Below are positions 1 to 9,320 of a stretch of DNA of 51,077 nt, in pieces. Position 1 is the stretch's first letter; each line of letters begins with the position of its first letter. The DNA is taken from positions 1 to 51,077 of the IMG/VR virus record IMGVR_UViG_3300020735_000013; one strand, 5' to 3'. The DNA is from a virus. Taxonomy: Duplodnaviria; Caudoviricetes. Position numbers and translations under genes: made by a program. The notes beneath the pieces are model-generated. The model was not told the DNA's origin. It ran no database searches and saw only the letters and a program-made list of their open reading frames with translations.

Positions 1-425
1 GTGCCATTAGGCAAAGCATAAATGCCAGTAGAAGCGTTGGTTGTGCTTGTTTGGAATGCTGTACGGGAAGCAAACGTGGCGTTACTAAAATCACCAAGAA
101 TGCGACCAGATGTGCCAGTGAATGTTAGGTTTCCACCTGTGCCAAGGTTACTTGCTGTTAACGTTGTGCCGTTCCAAGTAAAGTTGGCAGAAGCGCCAAA
201 CACGCCGCTGTTGTTAAATTGAACTTGTGTGTTGGATCCTGCAGGGCCAGTAGCTGTAGCTTTAGAAGCCAATAACTGAACAGCACCGCCGTTGTCTTTG
301 TAATACAGTTTGCCGTCAGTAATGTTAATAGCCAACTCACCATTGACCAGATTTGCTGGTGACGGTGCGTTGCTTGCTGTTGCGCTGTAATATAATGCTA
401 TTGGTGTGTAACCGCTTTGTGCCAT
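1..425 (-). CDS. Tail fibre protein, 3'-truncated by the window start; N-terminus paralogous to 426..1784
   Basis: Not in the ORF track. Hand translation from ATG at 425 is open to the edge: MAQSGYTPIALYYSATASNAPSPANLVNGELAINITDGKLYYKDNGGAVQLLASKA... The ATG directly follows the TAA of the upstream gene. Confidence 0.8.
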   Translation of the reverse strand, partial: MAQSGYTPIALYYSATASNAPSPANLVNGELAINITDGKLYYKDNGGAVQLLASKATATGPAGSNTQVQFNNSGVFGASANFTWNGTTLTASNLGTGGNLTFTGTSGRILGDFSNATFASRTAFQTSTTNASTGIYALPNG

Positions 426-1784
426 TTAGAATGTGCCTCCTGCTATGCCAGCTGTAATGGCATTAGTTGATCCGTTGTAAGTAAGTGAACTATTCACTAA
501 AACTGGGTTGTTACCCGTTGTTGCTGTCAAGAATGCTAAATAGTTTGTAGTGCCAGAACCCGTGCTTGTTGCCACGTTGGTAGCATTAGTTGCCGTTGTG
601 GCTGTTGCTGCGTTACCGCCGATAGACAAGCCAGATGCTGTACCTGTAATATTGGTACCCACCAATGTGCTTGGTGTGCCCAAGTTTGGTGTTACCAAAG
701 TTGGCGATGTGGCTAATACTACGTTACCAGAGCCGGTTGTTGCGGTACTAGATGCCGCAGTAAGTTGGCCTTGTGCGTTAACTGTAAAGTTACCAAGGGT
801 GTAGCTACCAGCGCTAACCGCTGTGTTGGTGATACTGAAAGTGTTGCCAGTGAGTGTAAGACCAGTACCCGCAACATAGGTGTTTGCGCCAGAGAACTGT
901 ACCCAAGTAACCGCCGTAACACCCAGTGTGCCACCCGGATCGGATGTACATACCCAACCAGTATCGGCTTGAGTTGTACCCTCTTCGACAAACACATAAG
1001 CTGAAACCAATTGGTTCCAAGTGTTGGCATCCGATGAGCGGCTCCATGCGCCAGAGGCAGATACATAGATGCCGTTTTGGGCCGGTGCTGATTGGTTTTT
1101 AACCAACACACGGCTAGATGATGTAGTAACACCGTCAATTGTCTGCTCGCCAGACAGCGTGATGTTTGCTGTAGTGGCGACTAACACTGGGGCCTTGGTG
1201 CTCAAGCCTTGTGCCACAGAGTCAACGTACTGCTTGGTTGCTAACTGCAGTGCGCTAACTGGGTCTTGCGTTACGGTGACGCTTGTAAGGCCAGCCAGTG
1301 TGAGTGATGTGGCGCCCAACGCAATGTTGGTCGTGCCAATGGTCAGTGAGCTGTTTGCCAACTGGGCGTTGGTAATGGTACCGCTCAAAGAGGTCGTAGG
1401 AATCGTTGTAGAGGCCGTAGCAGCGCCCGCACCGTTAGCATATAGGTAACCAGTCAAGCCGCCAACAGAAAGGCTGTTAAGGGTTGCTAAACCGGTTGTA
1501 GATAGTGTTGTAAATGCGCCGGTAGATGGTGTTGATGCGCCGATTGTGGTGCCATTAATTGAGCCGCCAGTGATTGTTACCGAGCTAAATGTACCAGACG
1601 CAGCACCCTTGCTGGCAATCACTTGAACGGCGTTGGTGTTGTCCTTATAGTACAGCTTGCCGTCGGTAACGTTAATCGCCAGCTCAGAACCAGAGGAGCT
1701 GTTGGTTAGGTTAGCCGCAGACGGCGCATTAGACGCTGTCGTGGAGCTGTATATTAGTATGGGGGTATAGCCTGACTGTGCCAT
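426..1784 (-). CDS. Tail fibre / receptor-binding adaptor protein
   Basis: Thr/Gly/Ser-rich; ELAINVTDGKLYYKD N-terminal motif; ATKQYVD and RVLVKNQ..AQNGIY..W.R..DA fibre motifs. Confidence 0.75.
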   Translation of the reverse strand: MAQSGYTPILIYSSTTASNAPSAANLTNSSSGSELAINVTDGKLYYKDNTNAVQVIASKGAASGTFSSVTITGGSINGTTIGASTPSTGAFTTLSTTGLATLNSLSVGGLTGYLYANGAGAATASTTIPTTSLSGTITNAQLANSSLTIGTTNIALGATSLTLAGLTSVTVTQDPVSALQLATKQYVDSVAQGLSTKAPVLVATTANITLSGEQTIDGVTTSSSRVLVKNQSAPAQNGIYVSASGAWSRSSDANTWNQLVSAYVFVEEGTTQADTGWVCTSDPGGTLGVTAVTWVQFSGANTYVAGTGLTLTGNTFSITNTAVSAGSYTLGNFTVNAQGQLTAASSTATTGSGNVVLATSPTLVTPNLGTPSTLVGTNITGTASGLSIGGNAATATTATNATNVATSTGSGTTNYLAFLTATTGNNPVLVNSSLTYNGSTNAITAGIAGGTF

Positions 1785-1793
1785 TTAATTACC

Positions 1794-2468
1794 TTAAAAT
1801 ATTCCGCCGCCGATGCCGGTTGTTGCGGTAACGATTGGAGTTGTCAGTGTGCCAGCTCCGGGGTTAAACTGTAGTTGTGTAGATGCTACGTATTCTGTTG
1901 TTGGTGTGCCGCTGATTACATCTGTAAAAATAGGGTAGCGTACTGCGTTGGTGCTGTTGTCGTTTGCAATCGTGGCGCCACCAGCGCCCGGTTGCCCCCC
2001 TGGAATACCAAAGTTAAACACCGCATTTTGCGTCGTGCCAACGTTTGTTACGGTAGGGCTGTTACCATACGGCAGCGTCGTTGCGGTGCCAGCGGTTACG
2101 TTTGCTGACGCACCTTGCGGGCCAGTGGGGCCTTGTGGGCCAACTGGGCCTTGTGAGCCAATTACGTTACCCAGATCAATTGTCGAGCCGTTTGTTTCAG
2201 TTAAAATTAAATGGCCTGAGCCATTAATTGTTGCTGCTGTGAACCCAGGTATTGGGCCTGTTACAGATGATGTGCCATCCGTGTAATAGAAAATTAAATC
2301 ATAATTACCAAGTAAAGAAACTGAAGTAATTAGTTTTCCGGGTGAGACAGCATTAGCAATGTTAGAGATTAACGTTTGCTTTGATACTCCACCTTGTACT
2401 ACTACCGTTACCTCGTTGCCAGTTAGGCTTGTGGCGACCGGTAGGTTGGTTATCGGCTGATTTGACAT
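1794..2468 (-). CDS. Tail fibre-associated protein with short collagen-like G-X-Y stretch
   Basis: ITNLPVATSL N-terminus, GSQGPVGPQGPTGPQG, NFGIPGG motif, C-terminal GIGGGIF. Confidence 0.65.
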   Translation of the reverse strand: MSNQPITNLPVATSLTGNEVTVVVQGGVSKQTLISNIANAVSPGKLITSVSLLGNYDLIFYYTDGTSSVTGPIPGFTAATINGSGHLILTETNGSTIDLGNVIGSQGPVGPQGPTGPQGASANVTAGTATTLPYGNSPTVTNVGTTQNAVFNFGIPGGQPGAGGATIANDNSTNAVRYPIFTDVISGTPTTEYVASTQLQFNPGAGTLTTPIVTATTGIGGGIF

Positions 2469-2474
2469 GTTTTC

Positions 2475-3086
2475 TTATGTATAAGTAAATCCACCATGGG
2501 CAGTTGATGTGCCAAATGGGGAAATTACAGTCACATCTGCTAGACCTGCCATGTATGCTGGAGTAATAGCTGATATTTGGATTGAGCTAATAAGGGTAAA
2601 TGCGGCTGGTATGCCAGCAAATTTTACGGTGTCCACGCCCGTAAGATTATTACCGTTAATTAACACGTGTGTGCCACCTGTGTGGGATCCTGTGTTAGGG
2701 CTAACTGATCCAATTACCGGATTTAAACTCATTGTAGAATACGGTGAGTTGTTTGTGTAAGACAAATCTCCAGTATCTCCACCAACGGGTGGTGTACCTT
2801 GAATAAAGATTGAATCTGGCCCTTCAGTAAATCCGCCAGGTAATGTTATTTCGGTTGGTTGCAACGCAACTGATACGTCTGGTCTAGGAAAACGTAGTGC
2901 AATATTTTCTGTTTGTAGTGCCGGTAAACGCCAAGGATCAAAATTATCTTTGTCTTCAGCGCATACTCTCATCCCTGGGAAATTGGGATCTGGCATTAAA
3001 TCGACATACGGAAACTTCCTATTGCAGCGGTCACAGACCGCTACAGATAGGACAGAATTTCCGCGAGTGTCAAGATAAACAGGCAT
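2475..3086 (-). CDS. Virion protein with N-terminal CxxC motif and C-terminal IPT/TIG (Ig-like) domain
   Basis: VCDRC..; C-terminal PVIGSVSPNTGSHTGGTHVLINGNNL...FTYT has the IPT/TIG pattern. Confidence 0.65.
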   Translation of the reverse strand: MPVYLDTRGNSVLSVAVCDRCNRKFPYVDLMPDPNFPGMRVCAEDKDNFDPWRLPALQTENIALRFPRPDVSVALQPTEITLPGGFTEGPDSIFIQGTPPVGGDTGDLSYTNNSPYSTMSLNPVIGSVSPNTGSHTGGTHVLINGNNLTGVDTVKFAGIPAAFTLISSIQISAITPAYMAGLADVTVISPFGTSTAHGGFTYT

Positions 3087-3094
3087 TTATTGCC

Positions 3095-3898
3095 TTAAAT
3101 TGCTGATGCTAGTGCTTGACCGTCATTTTGAATCAAAAAGCCTTCAATATAGGCGGCAACGTGTTGCGAAGAGCTATCGCTTGTTGAAAAAGCAAAAGTT
3201 AAATCTGCTTTTTGTTGAAACACATTTGGTGCATAACGGTGTACATCCACGAACAATGTAAAGCTAATTTGCGCGGTAGAAAGATTAATACCGTTTGTGG
3301 AATTAGTCAAATTGTAGAAAATGTATACATTGCTAGATAAGCTGCTACCAGACCAAGCATTAATACGGTTAAGGTAAAATGTGTAACCATTTGGTACAGT
3401 GTACACTGTCATTTGGCTACGACCTAAACCCGGGTTAATCTGAGCGTAAGTTGTACCACCGTTTGAAACAGTAATTGTTCCAACGTTGCTAACTTGACCA
3501 GAAGCTACGGCAGTCATAACTATGCTATTAATACGCAAAAATTTATTAACTGTAGTTACGCCAGTTGTACCATTTAATGCTACAACTTCGGTTAACTGAT
3601 TGTAGTTAGCATCAAGACCATTGATAGTTACTTTTGCTGGGCTTGCATCTGTTGCAGATGAACTAGCCACAGTCATGGTCAAAGCGGTGCTAGGGAATGT
3701 ATATGCTGTTGCATTTTCCCATAATGGGATTGACGTGCCTGCCACTGCAGCATTGTAACCATTAATATTAACTACTGTGTGACCCATAATTTGGTTACGG
3801 GAAACTTGTAAGTCAAACGGTTCTGTGCGACCAACTTTGGTAACAGATTCGATTGCTGCCGGAATGTTTTGTAGATTTGTTACTAGATTCGATGCCAT
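3095..3898 (-). CDS. Putative virion structural protein
   Basis: 267-aa beta-rich ORF with RBS in the structural cluster. Confidence 0.55.
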   Translation of the reverse strand: MASNLVTNLQNIPAAIESVTKVGRTEPFDLQVSRNQIMGHTVVNINGYNAAVAGTSIPLWENATAYTFPSTALTMTVASSSATDASPAKVTINGLDANYNQLTEVVALNGTTGVTTVNKFLRINSIVMTAVASGQVSNVGTITVSNGGTTYAQINPGLGRSQMTVYTVPNGYTFYLNRINAWSGSSLSSNVYIFYNLTNSTNGINLSTAQISFTLFVDVHRYAPNVFQQKADLTFAFSTSDSSSQHVAAYIEGFLIQNDGQALASAI

Positions 3899-3950
3899 AA
3901 TTAATTTCCTTTTAAGTTAATGCGGGGGCCAAAGCCCCCGAGGCAATTAA

Positions 3951-4523
3951 TTAGTTGTTTGTGTAGCCAGAACCGTAAGCAGTGATAGAACCATCAACGT
4001 TGCGGGCTGTGTAAGATACATCAAATGTACCAGCCAAAGAACCGCTTGACAATGTTGTTACTGAAGCTGCTGTGAAAGTCAAAGTAGCGTCGAGTGTACC
4101 AATGTTGTTGAGGATAGCTGCAACGGCTGCAGATGCTACAAAAGCAATAGCGATAACACCGCCGGCTGCTGTTGGGGTGATTGTGCCTAATGTTGTAGTT
4201 GTTACAGCACCAGTTGTTGGGTTTGTTTGAGCGATTGCTACAGTGATAACACCACCAACTAAACCACCAGCGGCGGCAGTTTGGAACAGGCGAATGTTAG
4301 AGATTTGTGCGCCGGCTGGCAATACAAATGGGGTTGGAGTTGTTTGACCAACATCAGCAGTAGTAAATACTGTTGCTGTACCGGTTGTACCAGTGATTGG
4401 GTTTGTGATGTAGCTTTGTTGTGTGCAAGATACTGCGCCAGTGTTGTCTGGGGCGATTGTACCGTTGTTTGTTGGGTTATTGCGTTTGAATACGCGAATT
4501 GGGCCTGTGAATGTGCTTGACAT
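3951..4523 (-). CDS. Putative virion structural/decoration protein
   Basis: MSSTFTGPIR start, Thr/Ala-rich; first gene after the capsid terminator and has its own phage promoter. Confidence 0.55.
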   Translation of the reverse strand: MSSTFTGPIRVFKRNNPTNNGTIAPDNTGAVSCTQQSYITNPITGTTGTATVFTTADVGQTTPTPFVLPAGAQISNIRLFQTAAAGGLVGGVITVAIAQTNPTTGAVTTTTLGTITPTAAGGVIAIAFVASAAVAAILNNIGTLDATLTFTAASVTTLSSGSLAGTFDVSYTARNVDGSITAYGSGYTNN

Positions 4524-4619
4524 TTTATTTCCTTAATCTCAGTGGGTATCCCAAGCTGTCTCTGAGTGCGTCTACCGGGAAGTTTCGGTCGTCAGAATGG
4601 GATAATTCTTCCTATACTT

Positions 4620-4649
4620 ACTAATACGCTAATTCTTTCAAAAGCGCCC
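4620..4649 (-). promoter_or_regulatory. Phage late-type promoter GGGCG-N15-GCGTATTAGT
   Basis: Reverse complement: gggcg cttttgaaagaatta gcgtattagt; one of a family of intergenic copies. Confidence 0.7.
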
Positions 4650-4657
4650 CAAAAAGC

Positions 4658-4686
4658 AAAAAACCCACCTTGTGGGTGGGTTTTTT
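4658..4686. terminator. Intrinsic terminator after the major capsid gene (bidirectional form)
   Basis: aaaaaa cccacc ttgt gggtggg tttttt. Confidence 0.8.
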
Positions 4687-4705
4687 GTATTTCGAGAGGT
4701 TTGGA

Positions 4706-5623
4706 TTACAAACCAGCTGTACCGAAAATGTTACGTGCATCATGCCAACCGGTCGCATAGCGCTCAGTTGCTTTATAACGCATAGAATCAGTTTCGAAAT
4801 CGCCTTCCATGGATTTCTCCATTGGACGACGCATAACGAGCATGAGACCATTTTCTGCATCAGTCTGTACCCACCAAGCCTTAGAAGAGCTCAAACGAGT
4901 AACAACGTGTGTGCCTTTTGGCAACATACCTGTTGACTTGATTGGGTTCAAATCGTTGTCGGCTGTACCAGAACGGAGAACAGATTTCAGAATTACTTCT
5001 GACTGGAACTCGAGTGCTGGAGGTACAACTAATTGCTCAGCTTTCAAGCGGATACGCTTACCGTTGTTGTCTACTGCAGAGCGGATCTGGATGAGCATTT
5101 GCTCAACAGAAGTTTGGCTCAATGAAGCAGCTGTAGATAACTGGTTAGAGTAAGAACCGCCGTTAGCGATTGGGTGAGCTGTGTTGATCAATGTAACGCC
5201 ATCGCCACCTGTGTAGCCAGTTGTGAACGCGAAGTTCAACAAGTTAGCGCACAAAGTTTCTTTAGTTTCAATCATAGACTGAGCTAAATGTTTTGCGAAA
5301 GTGCTGCCGATACGGATGTGATCGCCGTCTTCCATCAAAACTTTGGTCAAGGCGTATGCCAAGCCATAGATTTGGTAGATGAAACGTGTGATATACAACG
5401 TACCACCTTGATCGTAGCTAACTGGAGTGCCATCAGGCATTGCAGGAGCTGCGTTCATACCGAAGAGCATTACTTCTTCATGGTAGTTACGTGGGATACC
5501 CTGGATCTGTTCAACAAATCCTTTCCATTCGTCAGCGCGTTGTTCATAAACGCCATCAAAGACTTCGTTGATAATCGGTTCGACTACCGCACGAAAGTCG
5601 GTACTACGCATTGGGGTTGCCAT
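4706..5623 (-). CDS. Major capsid protein
   Basis: 305 aa; lies after scaffold-like genes, has strong codon bias and a downstream terminator; LVVPPALE and YKATERY..GW motifs typical of HK97-fold capsids. Confidence 0.8.
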   Translation of the reverse strand: MATPMRSTDFRAVVEPIINEVFDGVYEQRADEWKGFVEQIQGIPRNYHEEVMLFGMNAAPAMPDGTPVSYDQGGTLYITRFIYQIYGLAYALTKVLMEDGDHIRIGSTFAKHLAQSMIETKETLCANLLNFAFTTGYTGGDGVTLINTAHPIANGGSYSNQLSTAASLSQTSVEQMLIQIRSAVDNNGKRIRLKAEQLVVPPALEFQSEVILKSVLRSGTADNDLNPIKSTGMLPKGTHVVTRLSSSKAWWVQTDAENGLMLVMRRPMEKSMEGDFETDSMRYKATERYATGWHDARNIFGTAGL

Positions 5624-5640
5624 TGCTTATTCCTTTCGTA

Positions 5641-6309
5641 TTAGATCGATACCGCTGGGGCAGCGAATGTATTGTTAGCGATTACAACTTGAACGATTGT
5701 GTAAGCATCGCCCCAAGCGTTTGTAACGCCTGCTGGGTATGCTACTTCACGACCGAGACCAACAACGCGAACTTGACCTTGAGCGCCTGAAGCAACTGGA
5801 GTTGCCAAAAGAGCTGTAGTGGAGAAGCCTGCACCGCCTGTACCGATTGTGTAACCGTCAGTCACCAAAGAACCTGCTGTAGTATCAAAGTTGTACTCTG
5901 TACCAATAGCTGCTGTGCTTACTGAACCATTGCACTGAATTTCATATACAAGAGCTGGGTCTTGGAAAATCCAGAAAACGATTTGTGTAGCAGCTGCCAA
6001 TGATGTAGCTGTGATTGATTTGCCTAATGTACGACGACCTTCAGCGGTTGTATATTCTACACCGTCGAAAGAGCCATAAACCTTGCCAGAAGCGGCAGTT
6101 TGGTTAGCGATTGTTAATTGACCTGAAGATGTCAACGCTACTGGAGTGTACTGGTAAAACGCCACTTGGGCACCAGACAAAGAGTAGGGGGCTGTGTATG
6201 AAGCACCGTTTGTAGTGTAGCTGTTTGTTCCAACGAATGGAACAGAACGGTCAAGACCACTTGGGTGATACGCAGGCTTCAGACCAAAGGGTTGAAATAC
6301 TGTAGACAT
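5641..6309 (-). CDS. Putative capsid cement/minor head protein
   Basis: PFGLKP start and DPALVYEIQ motif; immediately upstream of the capsid gene. Confidence 0.55.
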   Translation of the reverse strand: MSTVFQPFGLKPAYHPSGLDRSVPFVGTNSYTTNGASYTAPYSLSGAQVAFYQYTPVALTSSGQLTIANQTAASGKVYGSFDGVEYTTAEGRRTLGKSITATSLAAATQIVFWIFQDPALVYEIQCNGSVSTAAIGTEYNFDTTAGSLVTDGYTIGTGGAGFSTTALLATPVASGAQGQVRVVGLGREVAYPAGVTNAWGDAYTIVQVVIANNTFAAPAVSI

Positions 6310-6339
6310 AGTCTATTTTTCCTTTGTTTTTGAAGAATG

Positions 6340-6897
6340 TTAAGAGAAACGAACATTTTTGTTATTCGCCTTTGCGGTTTCTTTTTCCATTTCCAAAAGA
6401 CCACCTTCGAGAACTGAACGTCCACCTTTATTACCTTGCGCTGTGTCGCGAACCTGCGCTGTAATATTGCGTTGGTGTTCAAGCGGATCCTCCAGATGGA
6501 GCATACGCATTACTTCTTGATAGATATCTTCTGGTAATTTAAAAAGTACCATTTCGTTACAACTAACACAGCCTTCAAACTTGCCTGAATTCATCTTGCC
6601 TAGTCCTTCAAAGCCTATTCCTAATTCTGAGGCTTTAACTGGCTCATAACCCAATGCCATACGTTTGTCGATACTGTCGTAAGTATTGGTTGTTGATAAC
6701 CAACACAAGTGCATTCCAGGGATAATGCCACCTGGAAGTTCGGGCAACGCACTATTTGCCCACTTGTCTCTAAACGCATCAAGGCGTTCACGACGTGCAA
6801 TGTCATCTGGAGCGGCCGTTGTAGTCCGCTCAATTACTTCTTGAACTCGATCGGCTAAGCGATCATCTAAGTCCCGTTTAATTCTTGTATTTGCCAT
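6340..6897 (-). CDS. Head-module hypothetical protein
   Basis: 185-aa ORF with RBS between scaffold and capsid genes. Confidence 0.55.
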   Translation of the reverse strand: MANTRIKRDLDDRLADRVQEVIERTTTAAPDDIARRERLDAFRDKWANSALPELPGGIIPGMHLCWLSTTNTYDSIDKRMALGYEPVKASELGIGFEGLGKMNSGKFEGCVSCNEMVLFKLPEDIYQEVMRMLHLEDPLEHQRNITAQVRDTAQGNKGGRSVLEGGLLEMEKETAKANNKNVRFS

Positions 6898-6902
6898 GAT
6901 AA

Positions 6903-7898
6903 TTATTCCTTATTAGCGCGGTCATACGAGGCGTATGCGCGGATCATTTTGTTTCGTTTAGCTACGTCATCCCATGCACCAGCGTCTTTAATTGCCTGAA
7001 CGCGCTCTCTGGAGAGAGTAATAGTCCCTGGCTTGGTGCTTGAGTCATTTGCTACTCGGCTAGAGGCTGTTGGGCCTGCTGAACGTTTGGCTGATTTTCC
7101 ACCCTGCGATGTGTAGCGGTGTGGAAGGCGTGCTGATAAACGATTATCGAGTTCTTCCCAGTACTCCGGGTCACTTGGATCCCATCCGTCTGTTGCTAAC
7201 TCTTGATCAATTACTTTGGCAATTCTACTATCTGTGTCGCGTGCCTGTGGATCGTACCAGCTGTTCTTTTTAAGCCATTTTGTTGCGTTGGCTTGAACTT
7301 CTGTGCTGATCTCGTTAGGTACGTTTTGCTTAGGGGTCTTTGCGGCCTCTAGCTGTTGTTTTTTGTAATGTTGAACCTGAGCCAAACGCTGTTTAGCATC
7401 TGTTAATTGCTCTAGGAACTCTACTTGACCGGCCATATCGCCATTTTGGGCAGCTTGTAGCATCTTCATCTTTGCATACTCGACTCGAGTGGCTTCGTCT
7501 TCCACTTGTTTGTCGATTTGTGCAAACTGATACGATGCGGCAGTGCTTTCTACGGCAGCTAGGCGTTTAGCCAGCTCTTCATTGCGTCGTTCAAGTGTTG
7601 TAATCTTGTTTTTAGCAGTTAGATCGCGCTGTTTCTTTAACTCTTTCTTGAGTTTGCGCTCTTCACGTCGTGCTTCACGAATTTTTTCACGTTCTTCGTC
7701 GTTTTCGGCGTTTTCGTCGTCCTCGGCGTCTTCATCTGCGTGCTCTTCGTGATCTTCGTCGTCGTGATCATCATTTTTATCTACTTTTTTGCCCTTTTTT
7801 ACCTCGTCGTCCCCAATTTCTTCTGGGAATTCTACCTTGGCAAGGATTGAGCCATCCTCTTGTTCCCTAATAGGGACATCTTTTTCATTATCTGCCAC
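6903..7898 (-). CDS. Putative capsid scaffolding protein
   Basis: Very acidic N-terminus followed by long coiled coil; position between portal and capsid. Confidence 0.6.
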   Translation of the reverse strand: MADNEKDVPIREQEDGSILAKVEFPEEIGDDEVKKGKKVDKNDDHDDEDHEEHADEDAEDDENAENDEEREKIREARREERKLKKELKKQRDLTAKNKITTLERRNEELAKRLAAVESTAASYQFAQIDKQVEDEATRVEYAKMKMLQAAQNGDMAGQVEFLEQLTDAKQRLAQVQHYKKQQLEAAKTPKQNVPNEISTEVQANATKWLKKNSWYDPQARDTDSRIAKVIDQELATDGWDPSDPEYWEELDNRLSARLPHRYTSQGGKSAKRSAGPTASSRVANDSSTKPGTITLSRERVQAIKDAGAWDDVAKRNKMIRAYASYDRANKE

Positions 7899-7913
7899 AA
7901 TTTTCTTTCAAAA

Positions 7914-8360
7914 TTAGTCTACAAACGCCTTCATTTTCTGCGCATGTTCAAATGACTTGATGCGAGAAATGATTTCACGTGCCTGCAATGTGATGAATAC
8001 TACTGCCGATCCATCGTCGCCGGGGTTAATAACAAAACGGTCACCACCGTACTTGATAGTACGTACTAGATCGCCTTCTTTGCACCATGGGCCTTCGACC
8101 CAATAGGACAATTCTTCGTCTAGGTTGCGGTATGCTAAGGGGCCAACTTGAACCACTTTAGCTACTGTCTCATTAAAACGTAACGTCTGTTTGGTCTCAT
8201 CAACTAGGATGATTCCGCCCTTACTGGTTGTTTTCTCACGGCGTAGTTGAACTAAAACGCGATCACCAGCTACTTCTACTCCAGGGTCAATAACTGGAAA
8301 ACACTCTGCTTCTGATCGTGTATCCGGCTCATCTGCCTGGTTGATATCAAATGCTGCCAT
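7914..8360 (-). CDS. groES: GroES-like co-chaperonin
   Basis: GDRVLVQ..EKTTSKGGIILVD..AKVVQVGP..KEGDLV..YGG Cpn10 signature. Confidence 0.85.
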   Translation of the reverse strand: MAAFDINQADEPDTRSEAECFPVIDPGVEVAGDRVLVQLRREKTTSKGGIILVDETKQTLRFNETVAKVVQVGPLAYRNLDEELSYWVEGPWCKEGDLVRTIKYGGDRFVINPGDDGSAVVFITLQAREIISRIKSFEHAQKMKAFVD

Positions 8361-8380
8361 CCGGCAACCTCCTATAACCT

Positions 8381-8572
8381 TTACAGGTCGTCTTCATCTT
8401 CCGTCAAAATTTCATTGATAATATCAAGCACTTCTTTAAAGCCCTCGTAACGTCCCACCATTCTCTGGTAGTCTTCAAACGAGTTGATATTATTTCCCGC
8501 AGTGACGGCTTCTGCGATTTTCTTTTGTTCATCTCGCGTACGCGAGATAATTTCTGATAAAAAGTCCTTCAT
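8381..8572 (-). CDS. Small hypothetical protein, probably leaderless
   Basis: 63-aa ORF whose ATG is 6 nt downstream of a phage promoter core. Confidence 0.6.
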   Translation of the reverse strand: MKDFLSEIISRTRDEQKKIAEAVTAGNNINSFEDYQRMVGRYEGFKEVLDIINEILTEDEDDL

Positions 8573-8578
8573 AATCTT

Positions 8579-8608
8579 ACTAATACGTGGGAGCGGATAT
8601 TTCCGCCC
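8579..8608 (-). promoter_or_regulatory. Phage late-type promoter GGGCG-N15-ACGTATTAGT
   Basis: Reverse complement: gggcg gaaatatccgctccc acgtattagt. Confidence 0.65.
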
Positions 8609-9099
8609 TAAAAATTGTTATTCTTTGAACAATTTTCTTTTTTAGTTAGGATTTGTAAATTCCAAGGAACATGTAATCCCGAAACTGTTTTTCCTTTTAG
8701 CGGCACAATATGGTCTACTTCAAACTTTCCACCTAATGTTTTTTCCATAACTTTTGCTTGTTGATAAAACCCAAGTATTTGAATCTTGTGTGCATCAGTT
8801 AGCCATTTTGGTGTTCGTTGTATTTCTGTTGCGTGCCTTTGCATTGCGTAAGAGTTTACTTTTGCTTGGTTTTCTTTTTGCCACCAAGCAGTATATTCTT
8901 TTGCAATTTCTCTATTTTCTTCGCGCCATTTAGCCATTCCCGCATTTTGTTTTTCAAATGCTTCTGGGCTATACCACGACTCTGTATAAAAACCGTCTTT
9001 TAGCGGTCTATCTTTTCTGTAGTGATGAAACCTAAAACCATCTTCACGCAAGTCTCCACGTTTAAATGGTTTGTCGGTTTTTGGATTTAATCGTTTCAT
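8608..9099 (-). CDS. HNH homing endonuclease
   Basis: EVDHIVPLKGKTVSGLHVPWNLQILTKKENCSKNN; AT-rich relative to neighbours. Confidence 0.85.
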   Translation of the reverse strand: MKRLNPKTDKPFKRGDLREDGFRFHHYRKDRPLKDGFYTESWYSPEAFEKQNAGMAKWREENREIAKEYTAWWQKENQAKVNSYAMQRHATEIQRTPKWLTDAHKIQILGFYQQAKVMEKTLGGKFEVDHIVPLKGKTVSGLHVPWNLQILTKKENCSKNNNF

Positions 9100-9106
9100 G
9101 CAACGA

Positions 9107-9319
9107 TCAGTAAAAGTTACCGCCTTTAATATCTTTTAAGTTTTTGTCTGGACCAACTTTAGATGACTTGGCCATCTTGTTGCCATTCAATACTGCGTTG
9201 TTTGAACGCTTGGAACCAGAAGCTCCAGCATCAATTGTTTTTTCGCCAGGGCCGCCAGCATAGCCGGGTGTGCCTGTCATTTTGTAAGATTTGCGGAATC
9301 CTAAGAGATCGTCTGCCAT
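9107..9319 (-). CDS. Small basic hypothetical protein
   Basis: 70-aa ORF directly after the portal gene. Confidence 0.55.
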   Translation of the reverse strand: MADDLLGFRKSYKMTGTPGYAGGPGEKTIDAGASGSKRSNNAVLNGNKMAKSSKVGPDKNLKDIKGGNFY

Positions 9320-9320
9320 G

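Noticed and set aside
1-1784. Diversity-generating retroelement suggested by duplicated fibre sequence
   Set aside because: The shared part is N-terminal with ordinary divergence, and no reverse transcriptase is in the window.
3527-3540. Promoter-core-like ttaatacgcaaaa inside gene 3095-3898
   Set aside because: Mismatch in the core (TATTAAT), intragenic, and has neither upstream element.
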